DNA from: Fidelibacterota bacterium
GTDB lineage: Bacteria; Fidelibacterota; Fidelibacteria; Fidelibacterales; DSDE01
Reading direction: 5' to 3'
DNA length: 64,000 nucleotides
Assembly: GCA_046735395.1 (NCBI GenBank)
Contig: JBJKQR010000018.1
Coordinates: forward strand, 118,390-182,389
The translations under genes and the position numbers were made by a program. Under the pieces are notes generated by a model. It saw only the letters and a list, made by a program, of their open reading frames with translations. It did not search any database and was not told where the DNA came from. Positions 29,201 to 38,842 of this stretch are shown piece by piece (within the stretch, counting starts at the first letter, position 1; every line of letters begins with the position of its first letter).

Positions 29201-30657
29201 GGGTTCAGGACAGCACGGATGTGACGGGAAACTTTTCATTTCAGCTGCCGGAATGGGATTTCAGGGTCGTAGCTGCAGCCGCCGGAAAAGCAAGGGCCGA
29301 TTTCCCGATTCGCACGGACAGACAGGTGGATACACTGCTCACACTGACGGACGCCGACACGATCCTGCTGGTATATCCGGACTGGCTGTACAAAGGCAAG
29401 GGCCGTATCAAGGGGCAGGCGCCCGATGCCGGTCAGAGCAAAGGAACGGACCCAACGGAGACCATTCAGGATTTCCGGCTCTTCTGCCAGCTTTTTAACA
29501 TTCCTTATTGTCAGGCCAGCCAGATTCAGTGTCTGGAGCTGAACCCCGGAACCTACCGGGCACTCCTTGTCATGAACGGACAGGCGGAACAGATCCTTGG
29601 CAAATCGTTTCGGGATGTTCTGATAGATGAAAGCCTGCTGGGAACCGATATGCTGCTGGAAGGGGGCGAGACCGGTTACGCGATGCGAAATGATTTGTCT
29701 TTCTGCCAGACGGTACTGGGTTTCAACAGTTGGCTGAGTGACGGGGACGTGGGCAATGCCCTGATTCCTCAGGATCATGAATACAGCACGGGACAGCCGC
29801 TTCTGCCGACCAGTATCGGGATTGACTGGACGGATTATGCTGATGAAGATGTCGTACAGGCAGCGGATCCGCAAAGCGTAGTTGCTTTATGGTCTGACAA
29901 TAATACGGCTTCCTCTTTGCTGGCCTGGGATCGTCATCAGGTTTACATGCCCTTTAATTTTTCAAATCTACAGTCTGATAATGATAAAATCCGGCTGTTC
30001 AGCCATACTCTGGGATATCTGGGAATAGGTTCGCGGCCCTTTATAAGTGAACCGGACTATGCGTTGCCGGAAGATGGGAATATCTTTAATGGTGGCCGCA
30101 GTGACCCGATTCCGTTCAATTGGTCTCTTGCTCCCTCCGTTCCCACAGTAACTCTCCGGTTTTTTACCGATACGCTGTTATTGAGCGAACCGGTAACCGG
30201 TACAAGCTACGAACTGAATGTTCCGGATCATTTCCCGCTGAATACGGAAATCGGCTGGACGCTGACCTTTACCCGTAATGATTCGTTGTGGACAAGCGGG
30301 ATCCGGCATTTTACAATTATTGAAAGAATCGTGGGAACGCAGGACGTTTCCACCGATCTGCCCCGAAAATTTCAGGTTGGTGCAGGATATCCGAATCCCT
30401 TCAACAGCCGTGTGCTGGCGGATTACGACGTTCCGGAAACGGCGGATATCACTATCCGGGTCTATACGGTGCAGGGGCGGCAGGTCAGGAATGTGGACCT
30501 CTCTGCCGTGGATGCGGGACGCTACACCTTTGTTTGGGACAGTGATGCGGGCGGGAGATCGTCATCCGGGATCTATTTTATCCGTTTTGTGTTCCGCAAA
30601 CCGGGAAGCAGGGAAGCGATTTATGAACGGACCCTTAAAACACTCCTTATCCGATAA
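26278..30657 (+). CDS. C25 (gingipain-like) cysteine peptidase with propeptide, Ig-like/carboxypeptidase-regulatory-like domains and C-terminal sorting-type domain
   Basis: GEPELP propeptide, WK..LGF, LLLVGD, TDLYY, VGRFP, YTGHG (His), TNGC (Cys), FGEAW, LFGDP; C-terminal YPNPFN...SSGIYF; start uncertain (26194/26278/26296). Confidence 0.88.
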   Translation: MSRTLQMIFSGILVLASTSLSAADFHVSGQESNLKFDAQNDGHLRVQLHIGTVRTETVRAGGADYLRLKIDGTYPSATVGEPELPVFSRLIELPAGAVNARARVVSSGKQIFGLAALAAGIKRIYPAQPSQAKSLSDPITFSLNKSAYESQAYQLPVSETVQIEDLGMMRNRHLFRLAAAPLSYSPAKESLAIDTTMTIQLDWDMDGMVPSRLPKTNAALDEILNSAVDSRPLPLTALSTADYQTYPLYMMVAPESYRDSLSEFIAWKTSLGFRVEFLSWESAGGTPEQLRTLLGNRYNSDPGHFPDYLLLVGDNEQIPAWSSRIGSWAHVTDLYYAAITTGDLLPDLMVGRFPAATAGEARLMAEKSMEYEKLNIADGQYLKSIMLIAGYDSYGNTDYFGIPTIDYARQVYFTAAAGYDVTFLSGHADVSSILDKINSGVGFLNYTGHGSFSSWVDPNITNYQIFGLSNDNLRPLVITNGCKTAAFQYATCFGEAWMRHDGGAMAYIGGTNDTYWDEDVYWSCGYYNHVGDGLTPTASETGIGAYDAPFRDGSPVPQSALIIAGNLAVNESTSTFTGYYWEVYELFGDPALINFWSLPEDISAAIPDSLPVGSDELRIPVTNMPANLKGSVSAGSELLSDSWTPDAGGIRIHLPSPLNDPGQVSVTLNAPGYAVVSKAVSIAFSGSVTIIPDTLTVLGSNAVQITVLSNSGTPVSGLQLYFQEPGQVSDTVLTDAAGKASLTWIPHYGPDVDLFGRIPGEDYLYFRETLPLRGCSDLPPVTVHVSTEIGLSDTLASNLPAHIYSDLNTSPSCYYRDMEQSLFFRDQDTVSVTAAAYGEADFYLLQDGYNAYHVKIPIKQAMGKASFVLLDNSANPVPNAMLTLSGTGFTEKIYKSDSEGLIETGEYLPCGMTALRISVYGFSDMDSLFLLPYRESGHRIVLDTAPTYRFSGTVRDEAGQGLPSALYLLDTDGIRVQDSTDVTGNFSFQLPEWDFRVVAAAAGKARADFPIRTDRQVDTLLTLTDADTILLVYPDWLYKGKGRIKGQAPDAGQSKGTDPTETIQDFRLFCQLFNIPYCQASQIQCLELNPGTYRALLVMNGQAEQILGKSFRDVLIDESLLGTDMLLEGGETGYAMRNDLSFCQTVLGFNSWLSDGDVGNALIPQDHEYSTGQPLLPTSIGIDWTDYADEDVVQAADPQSVVALWSDNNTASSLLAWDRHQVYMPFNFSNLQSDNDKIRLFSHTLGYLGIGSRPFISEPDYALPEDGNIFNGGRSDPIPFNWSLAPSVPTVTLRFFTDTLLLSEPVTGTSYELNVPDHFPLNTEIGWTLTFTRNDSLWTSGIRHFTIIERIVGTQDVSTDLPRKFQVGAGYPNPFNSRVLADYDVPETADITIRVYTVQGRQVRNVDLSAVDAGRYTFVWDSDAGGRSSSGIYFIRFVFRKPGSREAIYERTLKTLLIR

Positions 30658-30665
30658 AGGACGAT

Positions 30666-31004
30666 ATGGCAAAAAATTTCAAACACAGAGTCGGGGTTGT
30701 GTATTCAACCAATCCGGATTTTCAGTATGAGACGGATAAAAGGCAGGAGGCCGAGACCTTGCCGCCTGATCGCCAGCGCCTGAAACTTTTTTTCGATTCC
30801 AAGCGAAAAGGCAGCGGCATGACCATCGTGGAGAATTTTATCGGACGGGACGAGGATGCAAAGAATCTGGCCCGGGATCTGAAAAATCTCTGCGGCAGCG
30901 GAGGCTCCTTCAAGGACGGCGAAATCCTGATTCAGGGAGACCACCGTGAAAAAATCCAGGCCTGGCTTCAGGAAAAAGGCTATCAGCTGAAACGAAAGAA
31001 TTAG
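30666..31004 (+). CDS. yciH: SUI1-family translation initiation factor
   Basis: VYSTNPDF, LKNLCGSGGSFKDGEILIQGDHR. Confidence 0.93.
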   Translation: MAKNFKHRVGVVYSTNPDFQYETDKRQEAETLPPDRQRLKLFFDSKRKGSGMTIVENFIGRDEDAKNLARDLKNLCGSGGSFKDGEILIQGDHREKIQAWLQEKGYQLKRKN

Positions 31005-31011
31005 GAGTGTC

Positions 31012-31803
31012 ATGATCCGTCGTGTAGAATTGGAACAGTGGCTGAGGGAGACCTTCAGTTATGAAGAATTTTCGGATTTTTGTGCAAACGGCCTGCAGGT
31101 GGAGGGCGCCGATACGATTTCGCGGGTTGTCTGCGGCGTATCCCTGAATACGCTGCTGCTGGACAAGGCTGTTGAAATGTCCGCGGAGGCCATTCTGGTA
31201 CACCATGGATTCTTCGGGAAAGATTTTTTGCGTATCGCCGGACCGCTGCGGCAGAAATTAGTGACCCTCCTGAACCACAATATCAGTGTTTTCGGCATCC
31301 ATCTTCCTCTGGACGCACATCCTGAGGTAGGTAACAACGCCGTGCTGCTGTCCTGGATCGGGGCGGAAAACCGCTCTCCCCTCAATGTGGGCTATCGGGC
31401 AGAAAACAGTGCCGGCCATTCGCTGGACAATATTCTGAAAATCTATTCCCGTCAACTGGGAGAATACGGACTCAGTGATGAGGGAATTCGCTCCGAGCTG
31501 AGCGGAAGGCGACTCTATGGATTTGAAGTCTATCCCTTCGGCCCGGAGATTCCGCGGCGTATCGCCTGTATTTCGGGTGGCGCGTCATCCCTTCTGTCAG
31601 ACGCGCTGGCAGCTGGTTGTGACACCTTCATCTGCGGTGAAACGAAGGAGCATATCCCTGCTATGGCCATGGATTACGGAATCAATTATATCAATCTGGG
31701 ACATTACCGGTCTGAAAAGGCGGGAATCATGGCTCTGCGTGATGCGCTCAGCTCGCGATTTGATGCCGAGTTCACATTCATCGATATTCCCAATCCTATA
31801 TAA
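31012..31803 (+). CDS. Nif3-like dinuclear metal center protein (YbgI family)
   Basis: NGLQVEG, VHHG, HLPLDAHPEVGNN, GHYRSE. Confidence 0.92.
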   Translation: MIRRVELEQWLRETFSYEEFSDFCANGLQVEGADTISRVVCGVSLNTLLLDKAVEMSAEAILVHHGFFGKDFLRIAGPLRQKLVTLLNHNISVFGIHLPLDAHPEVGNNAVLLSWIGAENRSPLNVGYRAENSAGHSLDNILKIYSRQLGEYGLSDEGIRSELSGRRLYGFEVYPFGPEIPRRIACISGGASSLLSDALAAGCDTFICGETKEHIPAMAMDYGINYINLGHYRSEKAGIMALRDALSSRFDAEFTFIDIPNPI

Positions 31804-31839
31804 TACATAAATAATTATTTAACTATAATACGAATACGA

Positions 31840-32619
31840 TCAACGTTTTTCTGATTTTGTGACGATATACATGGGGCTGTACCGGTTCAATGGTGTCGCA
31901 TCGTCATTCCAGTCGTCCTCGTAGAACCCGGTGAGGATGAGCCCGGCCTCAATCTGTCCGGCAATCTGATCTTCGAGCGAATGCCCGAACTGCAAGGTCT
32001 GGCCGCTTTCCAGCAGATTCTGCCAGGTTGCGGGCGGCAGGCATTTTTCATCTGAATAGGGAAGGGCGTATTTTACTGCCAGCTGCCCGGATTCCATCGC
32101 CTCGTCGTGATCAAACAGATAAAACAGCGGATTGAGAAACCCGGCCAGACAGCATCCGCCGGGTTTGAGAATGCGGGCACAGCTTTTCCACAGCGGCCGG
32201 ATATGGGGAATGAAGAGGTTGGAAACCGCATGGATGATGAGGTCAAATTCCTCGTTCTGAAAGCAGCTTAAATCCTGCATATCTCCGCGAATGGTATTCA
32301 GCTGCAATCCGTCCCTGTCGGCGACCTCCCGGTCCCGGGCCAGCTGTTCGTCCGAATTGTCAAAACTGATGACCTTTGCTCCGGCAGCGGCCAGAAGAGG
32401 CGCCTGCTGTCCGCCTGCGGAGGCGAGACATAATACCTGTGCATCTTTCAGGGCACCAAGCCAGTTCAGAGGAAGAGGCCGATTGGGCGTCAGATAAATA
32501 CTCGGATTTCCATGTGCCGCGGCACGGATCTCTTCCGGTGAGACGGGCCTGCTCCAGGGGCCGCCTTCCCGGCATTGACGGTTCCAGGCCTTCCGGTTAT
32601 GTTCGCTGATATTTATCAT
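31840..32619 (-). CDS. Class I SAM-dependent methyltransferase
   Basis: VLCLASAGGQQ, GDMQDLS, RILKPGG. Confidence 0.88.
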   Translation of the reverse strand: MINISEHNRKAWNRQCREGGPWSRPVSPEEIRAAAHGNPSIYLTPNRPLPLNWLGALKDAQVLCLASAGGQQAPLLAAAGAKVISFDNSDEQLARDREVADRDGLQLNTIRGDMQDLSCFQNEEFDLIIHAVSNLFIPHIRPLWKSCARILKPGGCCLAGFLNPLFYLFDHDEAMESGQLAVKYALPYSDEKCLPPATWQNLLESGQTLQFGHSLEDQIAGQIEAGLILTGFYEDDWNDDATPLNRYSPMYIVTKSEKR

Positions 32620-33857
32620 TCCTCTGTCCTTTTCATCTGCCGTTGAGTTTGGGTATCAGGGGCCAGGCTCTGGTCTTCAGTGGAACGCTCACGGATCCCG
32701 GGAACGGCGATAAGGGCCATCAGAGCCAGGACGGCAGATGCGATGAACGTTGCGGAGGGACTGTAGCGGGACCAGAGAAAACCTGCGCTGAGACTGGCGC
32801 CGAGTGCGGCCAGACCTGTGACCAGGTGATAAAATCCGAAGGCGCTTCCACGGAGAGACGAGGGGGACGTATTGGCGACCAGGCGGGACAGAGTTCCCTG
32901 CGAAAATGCCATGTGAGTGCCCCAGAGTGCGGCTCCGAAGAGCGTCAGTCCGGCTGATCGGGAGAAGGCAAAACACAGATCGGCCAGAATCAGAAAGAAG
33001 ATACTCAGCCCTATCAATTTTTGAGAACTGATGTGGTCGGCAGCCCTGCCTGCAGGGTAGGCGCTCAGAGAATAGAAGATGTTCATCACAACCATGATCA
33101 GCGGAATCCAGGCAAGGGAAAAACCGGATATTCCGGCCTTGAGAATGAGAAAGGCTTCACTGAAGCGGGCCATGGCAAACAGAAATGCGAAAATGAGAAC
33201 GCGGTAATAAGCATGCGGGAATTGGTGCAGATGCTTGAAATGAAACGCCCTTGCTTCCTTGTGTGATACAGCGGATGGTTCATGGACTGCCGTTATGAGA
33301 ATTGCCAGAGAGATACTCGCCGGAATGACGGCAAACCAGAGTACGGTGCGGAGATGACCGGCAAAGACCAGCATCCCGAGAATGGCCAGAACAGGCCCGA
33401 GCACGGCGCCGACCGAATCCAGTGCCTGGCGCAGGCCATAGGCGGCTCCACGCAGATTCGCCGGAGTGATATCCGCGATGAGGGCGTCTCTCGGAGCACC
33501 CCTGATGCCTTTACCGAGCCGATCGGTGAAGCGCGCCGAAAAAACGGCAAGAATTGAATCAGCCAGGGGAAATATGAATTTTGAAAGAGTCGACAATCCG
33601 TAGCCGAGTACGGCGAGGAATTTTCGTTTTTTCAGAAAATCACTGAGCAGCCCGGAGAAACCTTTGATGATGGTGGCTGTAGCTTCGGCAATTCCTTCGA
33701 TGAGGCCGATACTCAGCATTCCTGCGCCAAGTGTCGTAACCAGAAATAGGGGAAGAAGACTGTGAATCAATTCGGAGGAACTGTCCATGAACAAGGAGAC
33801 AAAACCCAGAGCCCTGACATCAGGAGGGATGGGGGAGGACGGCTGCACAGGTTTCAT
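32616..33857 (-). CDS. MFS transporter
   Basis: About 12 hydrophobic segments; GLLSD..KRK, DRLGKGIRGAPRDALIAD. Confidence 0.92.
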   Translation of the reverse strand: MKPVQPSSPIPPDVRALGFVSLFMDSSSELIHSLLPLFLVTTLGAGMLSIGLIEGIAEATATIIKGFSGLLSDFLKKRKFLAVLGYGLSTLSKFIFPLADSILAVFSARFTDRLGKGIRGAPRDALIADITPANLRGAAYGLRQALDSVGAVLGPVLAILGMLVFAGHLRTVLWFAVIPASISLAILITAVHEPSAVSHKEARAFHFKHLHQFPHAYYRVLIFAFLFAMARFSEAFLILKAGISGFSLAWIPLIMVVMNIFYSLSAYPAGRAADHISSQKLIGLSIFFLILADLCFAFSRSAGLTLFGAALWGTHMAFSQGTLSRLVANTSPSSLRGSAFGFYHLVTGLAALGASLSAGFLWSRYSPSATFIASAVLALMALIAVPGIRERSTEDQSLAPDTQTQRQMKRTEE

Positions 33858-33914
33858 TGCTGATTCTGCCGATTGGATAGATTATCTCTGAGGCCGGCCC
33901 TTGCCGGATTCCAA

Positions 33915-34316
33915 TTATTTATTTTCTGCGGAGGCGGCTTCAATCCAGCGGATGGCGTCATCCAAATTTGAAAAAACAGCCATGTTCTTCGCAACATGCG
34001 GCATCATCATAGATTCGAACATACTGATGATGCTTTCGCCGTCAATCGTATTTACAACGATGGCTGATTTCCGGTCGCTGCCCGGAGCCCAATAGCGTTT
34101 CCCGATGACCTCCTTCAGCTTCATGAGTACCAGCGTGGTGGCGTTATCAAAGCGGGCTGTCCTGAAATCCCAGATGGAATTCTGCTCTGTCGCATCACTT
34201 CCGGGACTTTCGAATACACTTTCAAGAAACTCGAGAATAGCTTCCATTTCCAGGATTCCATCGAGAGTGTGAATTCGCAGATTTTTGTCTTTAAGGATTT
34301 TTGTCGTTGTTTTCAA
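33915..34316 (-). CDS. Hypothetical protein, STAS/SpoIIAA-like fold
   Basis: IWDFRTA, KSAIVV, VFSNLDDAIRWI pattern; probable TTG start at 34316 (start uncertain). Confidence 0.55.
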   Translation of the reverse strand: MKTTTKILKDKNLRIHTLDGILEMEAILEFLESVFESPGSDATEQNSIWDFRTARFDNATTLVLMKLKEVIGKRYWAPGSDRKSAIVVNTIDGESIISMFESMMMPHVAKNMAVFSNLDDAIRWIEAASAENK

Positions 34317-34515
34317 AATTATTAATAATTCCGTTTTGGGAATATAGTAAAAATTATATTGGTTATAAACAATACAATGGTTTAATCTCAGATATAGGAA
34401 GGCAGAAATCTGCCTCCGGCCGGATCGGTCAGATTGATTTCGCCATGACAATGAATTCACCGCTTCCGTTGCTGAGTATGAAAATATATACCGCAAAACC
34501 GAAGAATATATTAAA

Positions 34516-34609
34516 TTTCGCACTGATTTTTCGAAAAGGCAGTGTGAGAAATGGGAGTCTGCGACCTTTTTGAAATGTGGATAGACCTCGGGGAGAGGTG
34601 GACGCAGAC
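34516..34609 (+). promoter_or_regulatory. Two long stem-loops in the leader of the RND operon (candidate structured RNA)
   Basis: TTTCGCACTG/CAGTGTGAGA and GTCTGCG-ACCTTTTT/GGAGAGGT-CGCAGAC; several pairs work as G-U only on the + strand. Confidence 0.4.
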
Positions 34610-34693
34610 AGAAAAAGCGGCCATTGGTAGAATGAGCGGCCTGGCATGATCAGAAATTAAAATCAACAAAGAAATATTGAAAGAAACGGACTT

Positions 34694-35803
34694 ATGACGA
34701 ACTGGAAGGGAAAACGGATCATCAGCGGCGTGATCGTCGTCTTGATTGCAGGAATGATTATTTATCCTAAAATACGCCCCTATCTGCGGAGTGGTGCTCA
34801 TGAGAGCAGCGCTGCCGCCATGCACGGGAGTGCTTCGCGAAAAAAACTGAATGTGAGCGGATATATTATCAAGGCAAAAGCACTGAGTGAGATGGTCCGA
34901 TCCACAGGAACCCTCAAGCCGGATGAAGAAGTGGATCTGAGTTTTGAGACATCCGGGAAAATCATCAGTATAAAATTCAAGGAAGGCAGCCGGGTCCGGA
35001 AGGGTGACCTGCTGGCAAAGATTAACGATTTACCGCTTCAAGCCCAATTGCAGAAGCTGGAAGTGCAGTATAAACTGTCGAAAGAGAAGGAATCCCGCCA
35101 TCGGGCCCTGCTGGGCAAGGACGCCATTTCCCAGGAAAGTTATGACCAGATCGTGACGGAACTGCAGACAACGGAAGCGGATATTAACCTGATTCACGCC
35201 CATATCGCGGAAACCGAACTGAGGGCGCCCTTTGACGGAATCATCGGCCTGCGCTTTTTCAGCGAGGGCGCCTATGTCACGCCGTCCACGGTCATTGCCC
35301 GTCTCATTAAAATCAATCCGCTCAAAATAGAATTTTCCATTCCCGAACGTTATGCATCGCAGGTTCGGCCTGGTTTTCCGGTCAGCTTTATGGTGGACGG
35401 CAGCAAAATGAAGTATCCGGCCTCAGTGTATGCCGTGGATCCCAAAGTCAACGTGGATACACGAACCATCACGATCCGGGCTCTTTATTCCAATGAAAAT
35501 GAGGAGCTGAAGCCGGGGCGCTATGCCGCGGTCACATTGCAGATGTCCCGGATTGAAGATGCGATTGCCATTCCGAGTGAGGCACTCATTCCCGAAATGG
35601 ACGGGGAAAAAGTATTCGTATTTCATGGCGGCAAAGCGTCGTCAGTCAGGGTGAATACAGGGCTGCGTACCGAATCGGAGATTCAGATCGTAAATGGCCT
35701 GAATTTCGGTGATACGCTCCTGGTCACGGGAATGCTGCAGCTTCGCGAGTCGCTTCCGGTCAAGCTGGATACGGTGCTCAACACGGATGGAAGGGAGCGG
35801 TAG
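34694..35803 (+). CDS. RND efflux periplasmic adaptor (membrane fusion protein)
   Basis: N-terminal TM anchor; GSRVRKGDLL, LRAPFDGIIG, LKPG, IPSEAL. Confidence 0.93.
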   Translation: MTNWKGKRIISGVIVVLIAGMIIYPKIRPYLRSGAHESSAAAMHGSASRKKLNVSGYIIKAKALSEMVRSTGTLKPDEEVDLSFETSGKIISIKFKEGSRVRKGDLLAKINDLPLQAQLQKLEVQYKLSKEKESRHRALLGKDAISQESYDQIVTELQTTEADINLIHAHIAETELRAPFDGIIGLRFFSEGAYVTPSTVIARLIKINPLKIEFSIPERYASQVRPGFPVSFMVDGSKMKYPASVYAVDPKVNVDTRTITIRALYSNENEELKPGRYAAVTLQMSRIEDAIAIPSEALIPEMDGEKVFVFHGGKASSVRVNTGLRTESEIQIVNGLNFGDTLLVTGMLQLRESLPVKLDTVLNTDGRER

Positions 35804-35809
35804 AGCGAT

Positions 35810-38800
35810 ATGAGTTTGTCATCTGTAAGTATTGAGAGGCCGGTCCTTGCATCGGTGATGTCCATCGCCATTCTGATTTTCGGATTTGTGGGGCTCACCT
35901 TTCTGGGTGTCCGGGAGTTCCCGAGCGTGGATCCGCCGGTCATATCGGTGAGCACCAGCTATTCGGGCGCAAATTCGGATGTGATCGAAACGCAGATCAC
36001 CGAACCACTGGAGCAGGCCATCAACGGCATCCCCGGCGTGCGCAGCCTGACCAGCTCCAGCAGCGAAGGCCGCAGCCGGATTACGGTTGAATTTGAATTA
36101 TCCGTGGATATGGAGACGGCCGCCAACGATGTCCGGGACAAAGTATCCCAGGCAACCCGCTATTTACCCCGGGACTGTGATCCGCCCACTGTTTCGAAGG
36201 CGGATGCGGACGCATCGCCCATCATGTTTCTCACAGTGGAAAGCAGCAAACGGTCACTGCTGGAAATTTCCGAAATCGCGGAACTGACGCTCAAGGAGCA
36301 GCTTCAGACCATTTCCGGCGTAGCGTCCGTGGCCATCTGGGGCCAGCGCCGTTATGCCATGCGCCTGTGGCTGGATCCGGCCAAGCTTGCCGGCTACAAG
36401 CTGACTCCCATGGATGTGCAGACCGCCATTCAGCGTGAAAATGTGGAGCTGCCTTCCGGATCCATTGAAGGAGAAAATACGGTCCTGACAATCCGGACGC
36501 TGGGACTTCTCAAGTCCCCGGAGGAATTCAACGATCTGATCATCAAGCGTAACGGAGACCAGATTGTCCGCTTCCGGGATATCGGCCGGGCGGAACTGGG
36601 TCCGGAGGATTATCAGCGTATCCTGAAGCGGGATGGTGTCCCCATGGTGGGGGATGCCATTATTCCGCAGCCCGGAGCAAACCAGATTGATATCGTGGAT
36701 GAGGTGTACCGCCGACTGGAATACATTAAAAAGGATCTGCCGGCAGATGTTCGGGTCAAGGTGGGTTTTGACAATACAAAATATATCCGGTCCTCCATCA
36801 AGGAAGTGAAGGATACGATATATATCGCCTTCTTCCTGGTGGTGGTGATCATTTACTTCTTTCTCCGCAACTGGCGGGCGACACTCATCCCTATTCTGGT
36901 GATTCCAGTCTCGCTCATCGGGGCTTTCTTCATCATGTATATCGCCGGCTATTCCATCAATGTTCTCACCCTGCTGGCCATCGTCCTGGCCATCGGTATT
37001 GTGGTGGATGACGCTATCGTGGTCATGGAAAATATTTATGTAAAAGTTGAAGAGGGCATGAATCCGATTGATGCGGCCCAGGCCGGATCAAAGGAAATCT
37101 ATTTTGCCATTATCGCCACAACGATCACCCTGATTTCTGTTTTTCTCCCGATTGTGTTTCTGCAGGGGCTTACCGGGCGGCTGTTTCGTGAATTCTCGGT
37201 TGTGCTTGCCGGTGCGGTGGCCATCTCAGCCTTTCTGGCCCTGTCCCTCACTCCGATGGTCTCTTCCCGTCTGCTGAAGCCGCATAGCCGGCACAGCTGG
37301 TTTTTCCAGGTTACGGAACGCTTCTTCCAGAGTTTGAATGAATCCTACCGGAGAAGCCTGGATAATTTTCTGAATCACCCGGTCATGGCGCCGGCCGTAA
37401 TTCTCATTTCCTTTACGTTGATCGCCTTGCTCTGGAAGAATATTCCGGCAGAAATGGCCCCGCTGGAGGACCGAAGCATGGTCTCCATTGCAACCTCCGC
37501 ACCGGAAGGCGCGACTTACGAATTCATGCTGGATTATTGCGATGATATTTCCAAAGCTGTGGAAGAGAATGTTCCGGAAAGGGAAGGATACATTAACTAT
37601 ATTCGCGGTGGAAGTTTTGCTATGTTCCGTATCATGCTGACGGATCCGAAGGCGCGTGAGCGCAGCCAGCAGCAGATCGCGGATCAGCTGACGGGGATCG
37701 TCAGGACGAAGACGAAGGCCCGGGCCTTTGTTTCCCAGCAGTCCACATTCGGGGGACGGCGCTCCGGCCGGCCCATTCAGTATGTACTGCAGGCCACTTC
37801 CATCGAAAAGCTTCGCGACATTCTGCCGAAATTCATGGAAAAGGTGGACGCCAGTCCCGTATTCCAGCAGCCGGATGTGGATCTGCGCTTCACCAAGCCG
37901 GAACTGAGGATTCATATCAATCGTGAGAAGGCCGCTTCCCTGGGTGTGACGACACAGAATATCGGACAGACTCTGCAGCTGGCACTGAGCGGGCAGCGTT
38001 TCGGGTATTTTTTCATGGGCGGCAAGCAGTACCAGATTCTGGGGCAGCTGGAACGGGGCGACCGGAACAAACCGCTGGATCTGACCTCGCTGTATGTGCG
38101 GAACAATGCCGGCGAGATGATACAGTTCGATAATATGATCACTCTGGAAGAGGAGACCGCGCCTCCGCAGCTGTACCGCTACAATCGCTTCGTGGCAGCT
38201 ACCATATCGGCCGGGCTGGCAAATGGAAAGACCATCAGCGAAGGACTGAATGAAATGGACCGGATTGCCAAAGACGTTCTGGATGACTCCTTCCGCACCG
38301 CTCTGGCCGGAGATTCGAAGGATTTCAAGGAGAGTTCCTCCAGTCTGATGTTCGCCTTCGGCCTGGCACTTGTCCTCATTTTCCTCGTTCTCGCGGCACA
38401 GTTCGAAAGCTATGTGTCACCCTTTATCGTGATGATGACGGTTCCGCTGGCTCTCACCGGAGCTCTGCTGGCCATGTGGTACTTCCACATTACCATGAAT
38501 ATTTTCAGTCAGATCGGTATCATCATGCTGATCGGGCTGGTGTCGAAAAACGGAATTCTGATTGTGGAATTTGCAGATCAGAGAAAGGAGGCCGGACTGA
38601 GCAAACGCGATGCTATCCGGTCTGCCGCTGCGGCGCGTTTCCGCCCCATTCTGATGACCAGCATCTCCACGGTGCTGGGTATCGCACCCCTTGCCCTCGG
38701 CTTCGGGGAAGGCGCTCAGAGCCGTGTGGCCATGGGAACGGCGGTGGTCGGCGGTGTGATTTTGTCCACATTCCTGACACTCTATGTCATTCCGGCTGTG

Positions 38801-38842
38801 TATATCTATCTGTCAAAGGATGTAAATCCGGTCGCCGAGTGA
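35810..38842 (+). CDS. RND efflux permease (AcrB/AcrD/AcrF family)
   Basis: SIERPV, GIVVDDAIVVMEN, LSLTP, KNGILIVEFA, RFRPILMT. Confidence 0.96.
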   Translation: MSLSSVSIERPVLASVMSIAILIFGFVGLTFLGVREFPSVDPPVISVSTSYSGANSDVIETQITEPLEQAINGIPGVRSLTSSSSEGRSRITVEFELSVDMETAANDVRDKVSQATRYLPRDCDPPTVSKADADASPIMFLTVESSKRSLLEISEIAELTLKEQLQTISGVASVAIWGQRRYAMRLWLDPAKLAGYKLTPMDVQTAIQRENVELPSGSIEGENTVLTIRTLGLLKSPEEFNDLIIKRNGDQIVRFRDIGRAELGPEDYQRILKRDGVPMVGDAIIPQPGANQIDIVDEVYRRLEYIKKDLPADVRVKVGFDNTKYIRSSIKEVKDTIYIAFFLVVVIIYFFLRNWRATLIPILVIPVSLIGAFFIMYIAGYSINVLTLLAIVLAIGIVVDDAIVVMENIYVKVEEGMNPIDAAQAGSKEIYFAIIATTITLISVFLPIVFLQGLTGRLFREFSVVLAGAVAISAFLALSLTPMVSSRLLKPHSRHSWFFQVTERFFQSLNESYRRSLDNFLNHPVMAPAVILISFTLIALLWKNIPAEMAPLEDRSMVSIATSAPEGATYEFMLDYCDDISKAVEENVPEREGYINYIRGGSFAMFRIMLTDPKARERSQQQIADQLTGIVRTKTKARAFVSQQSTFGGRRSGRPIQYVLQATSIEKLRDILPKFMEKVDASPVFQQPDVDLRFTKPELRIHINREKAASLGVTTQNIGQTLQLALSGQRFGYFFMGGKQYQILGQLERGDRNKPLDLTSLYVRNNAGEMIQFDNMITLEEETAPPQLYRYNRFVAATISAGLANGKTISEGLNEMDRIAKDVLDDSFRTALAGDSKDFKESSSSLMFAFGLALVLIFLVLAAQFESYVSPFIVMMTVPLALTGALLAMWYFHITMNIFSQIGIIMLIGLVSKNGILIVEFADQRKEAGLSKRDAIRSAAAARFRPILMTSISTVLGIAPLALGFGEGAQSRVAMGTAVVGGVILSTFLTLYVIPAVYIYLSKDVNPVAE

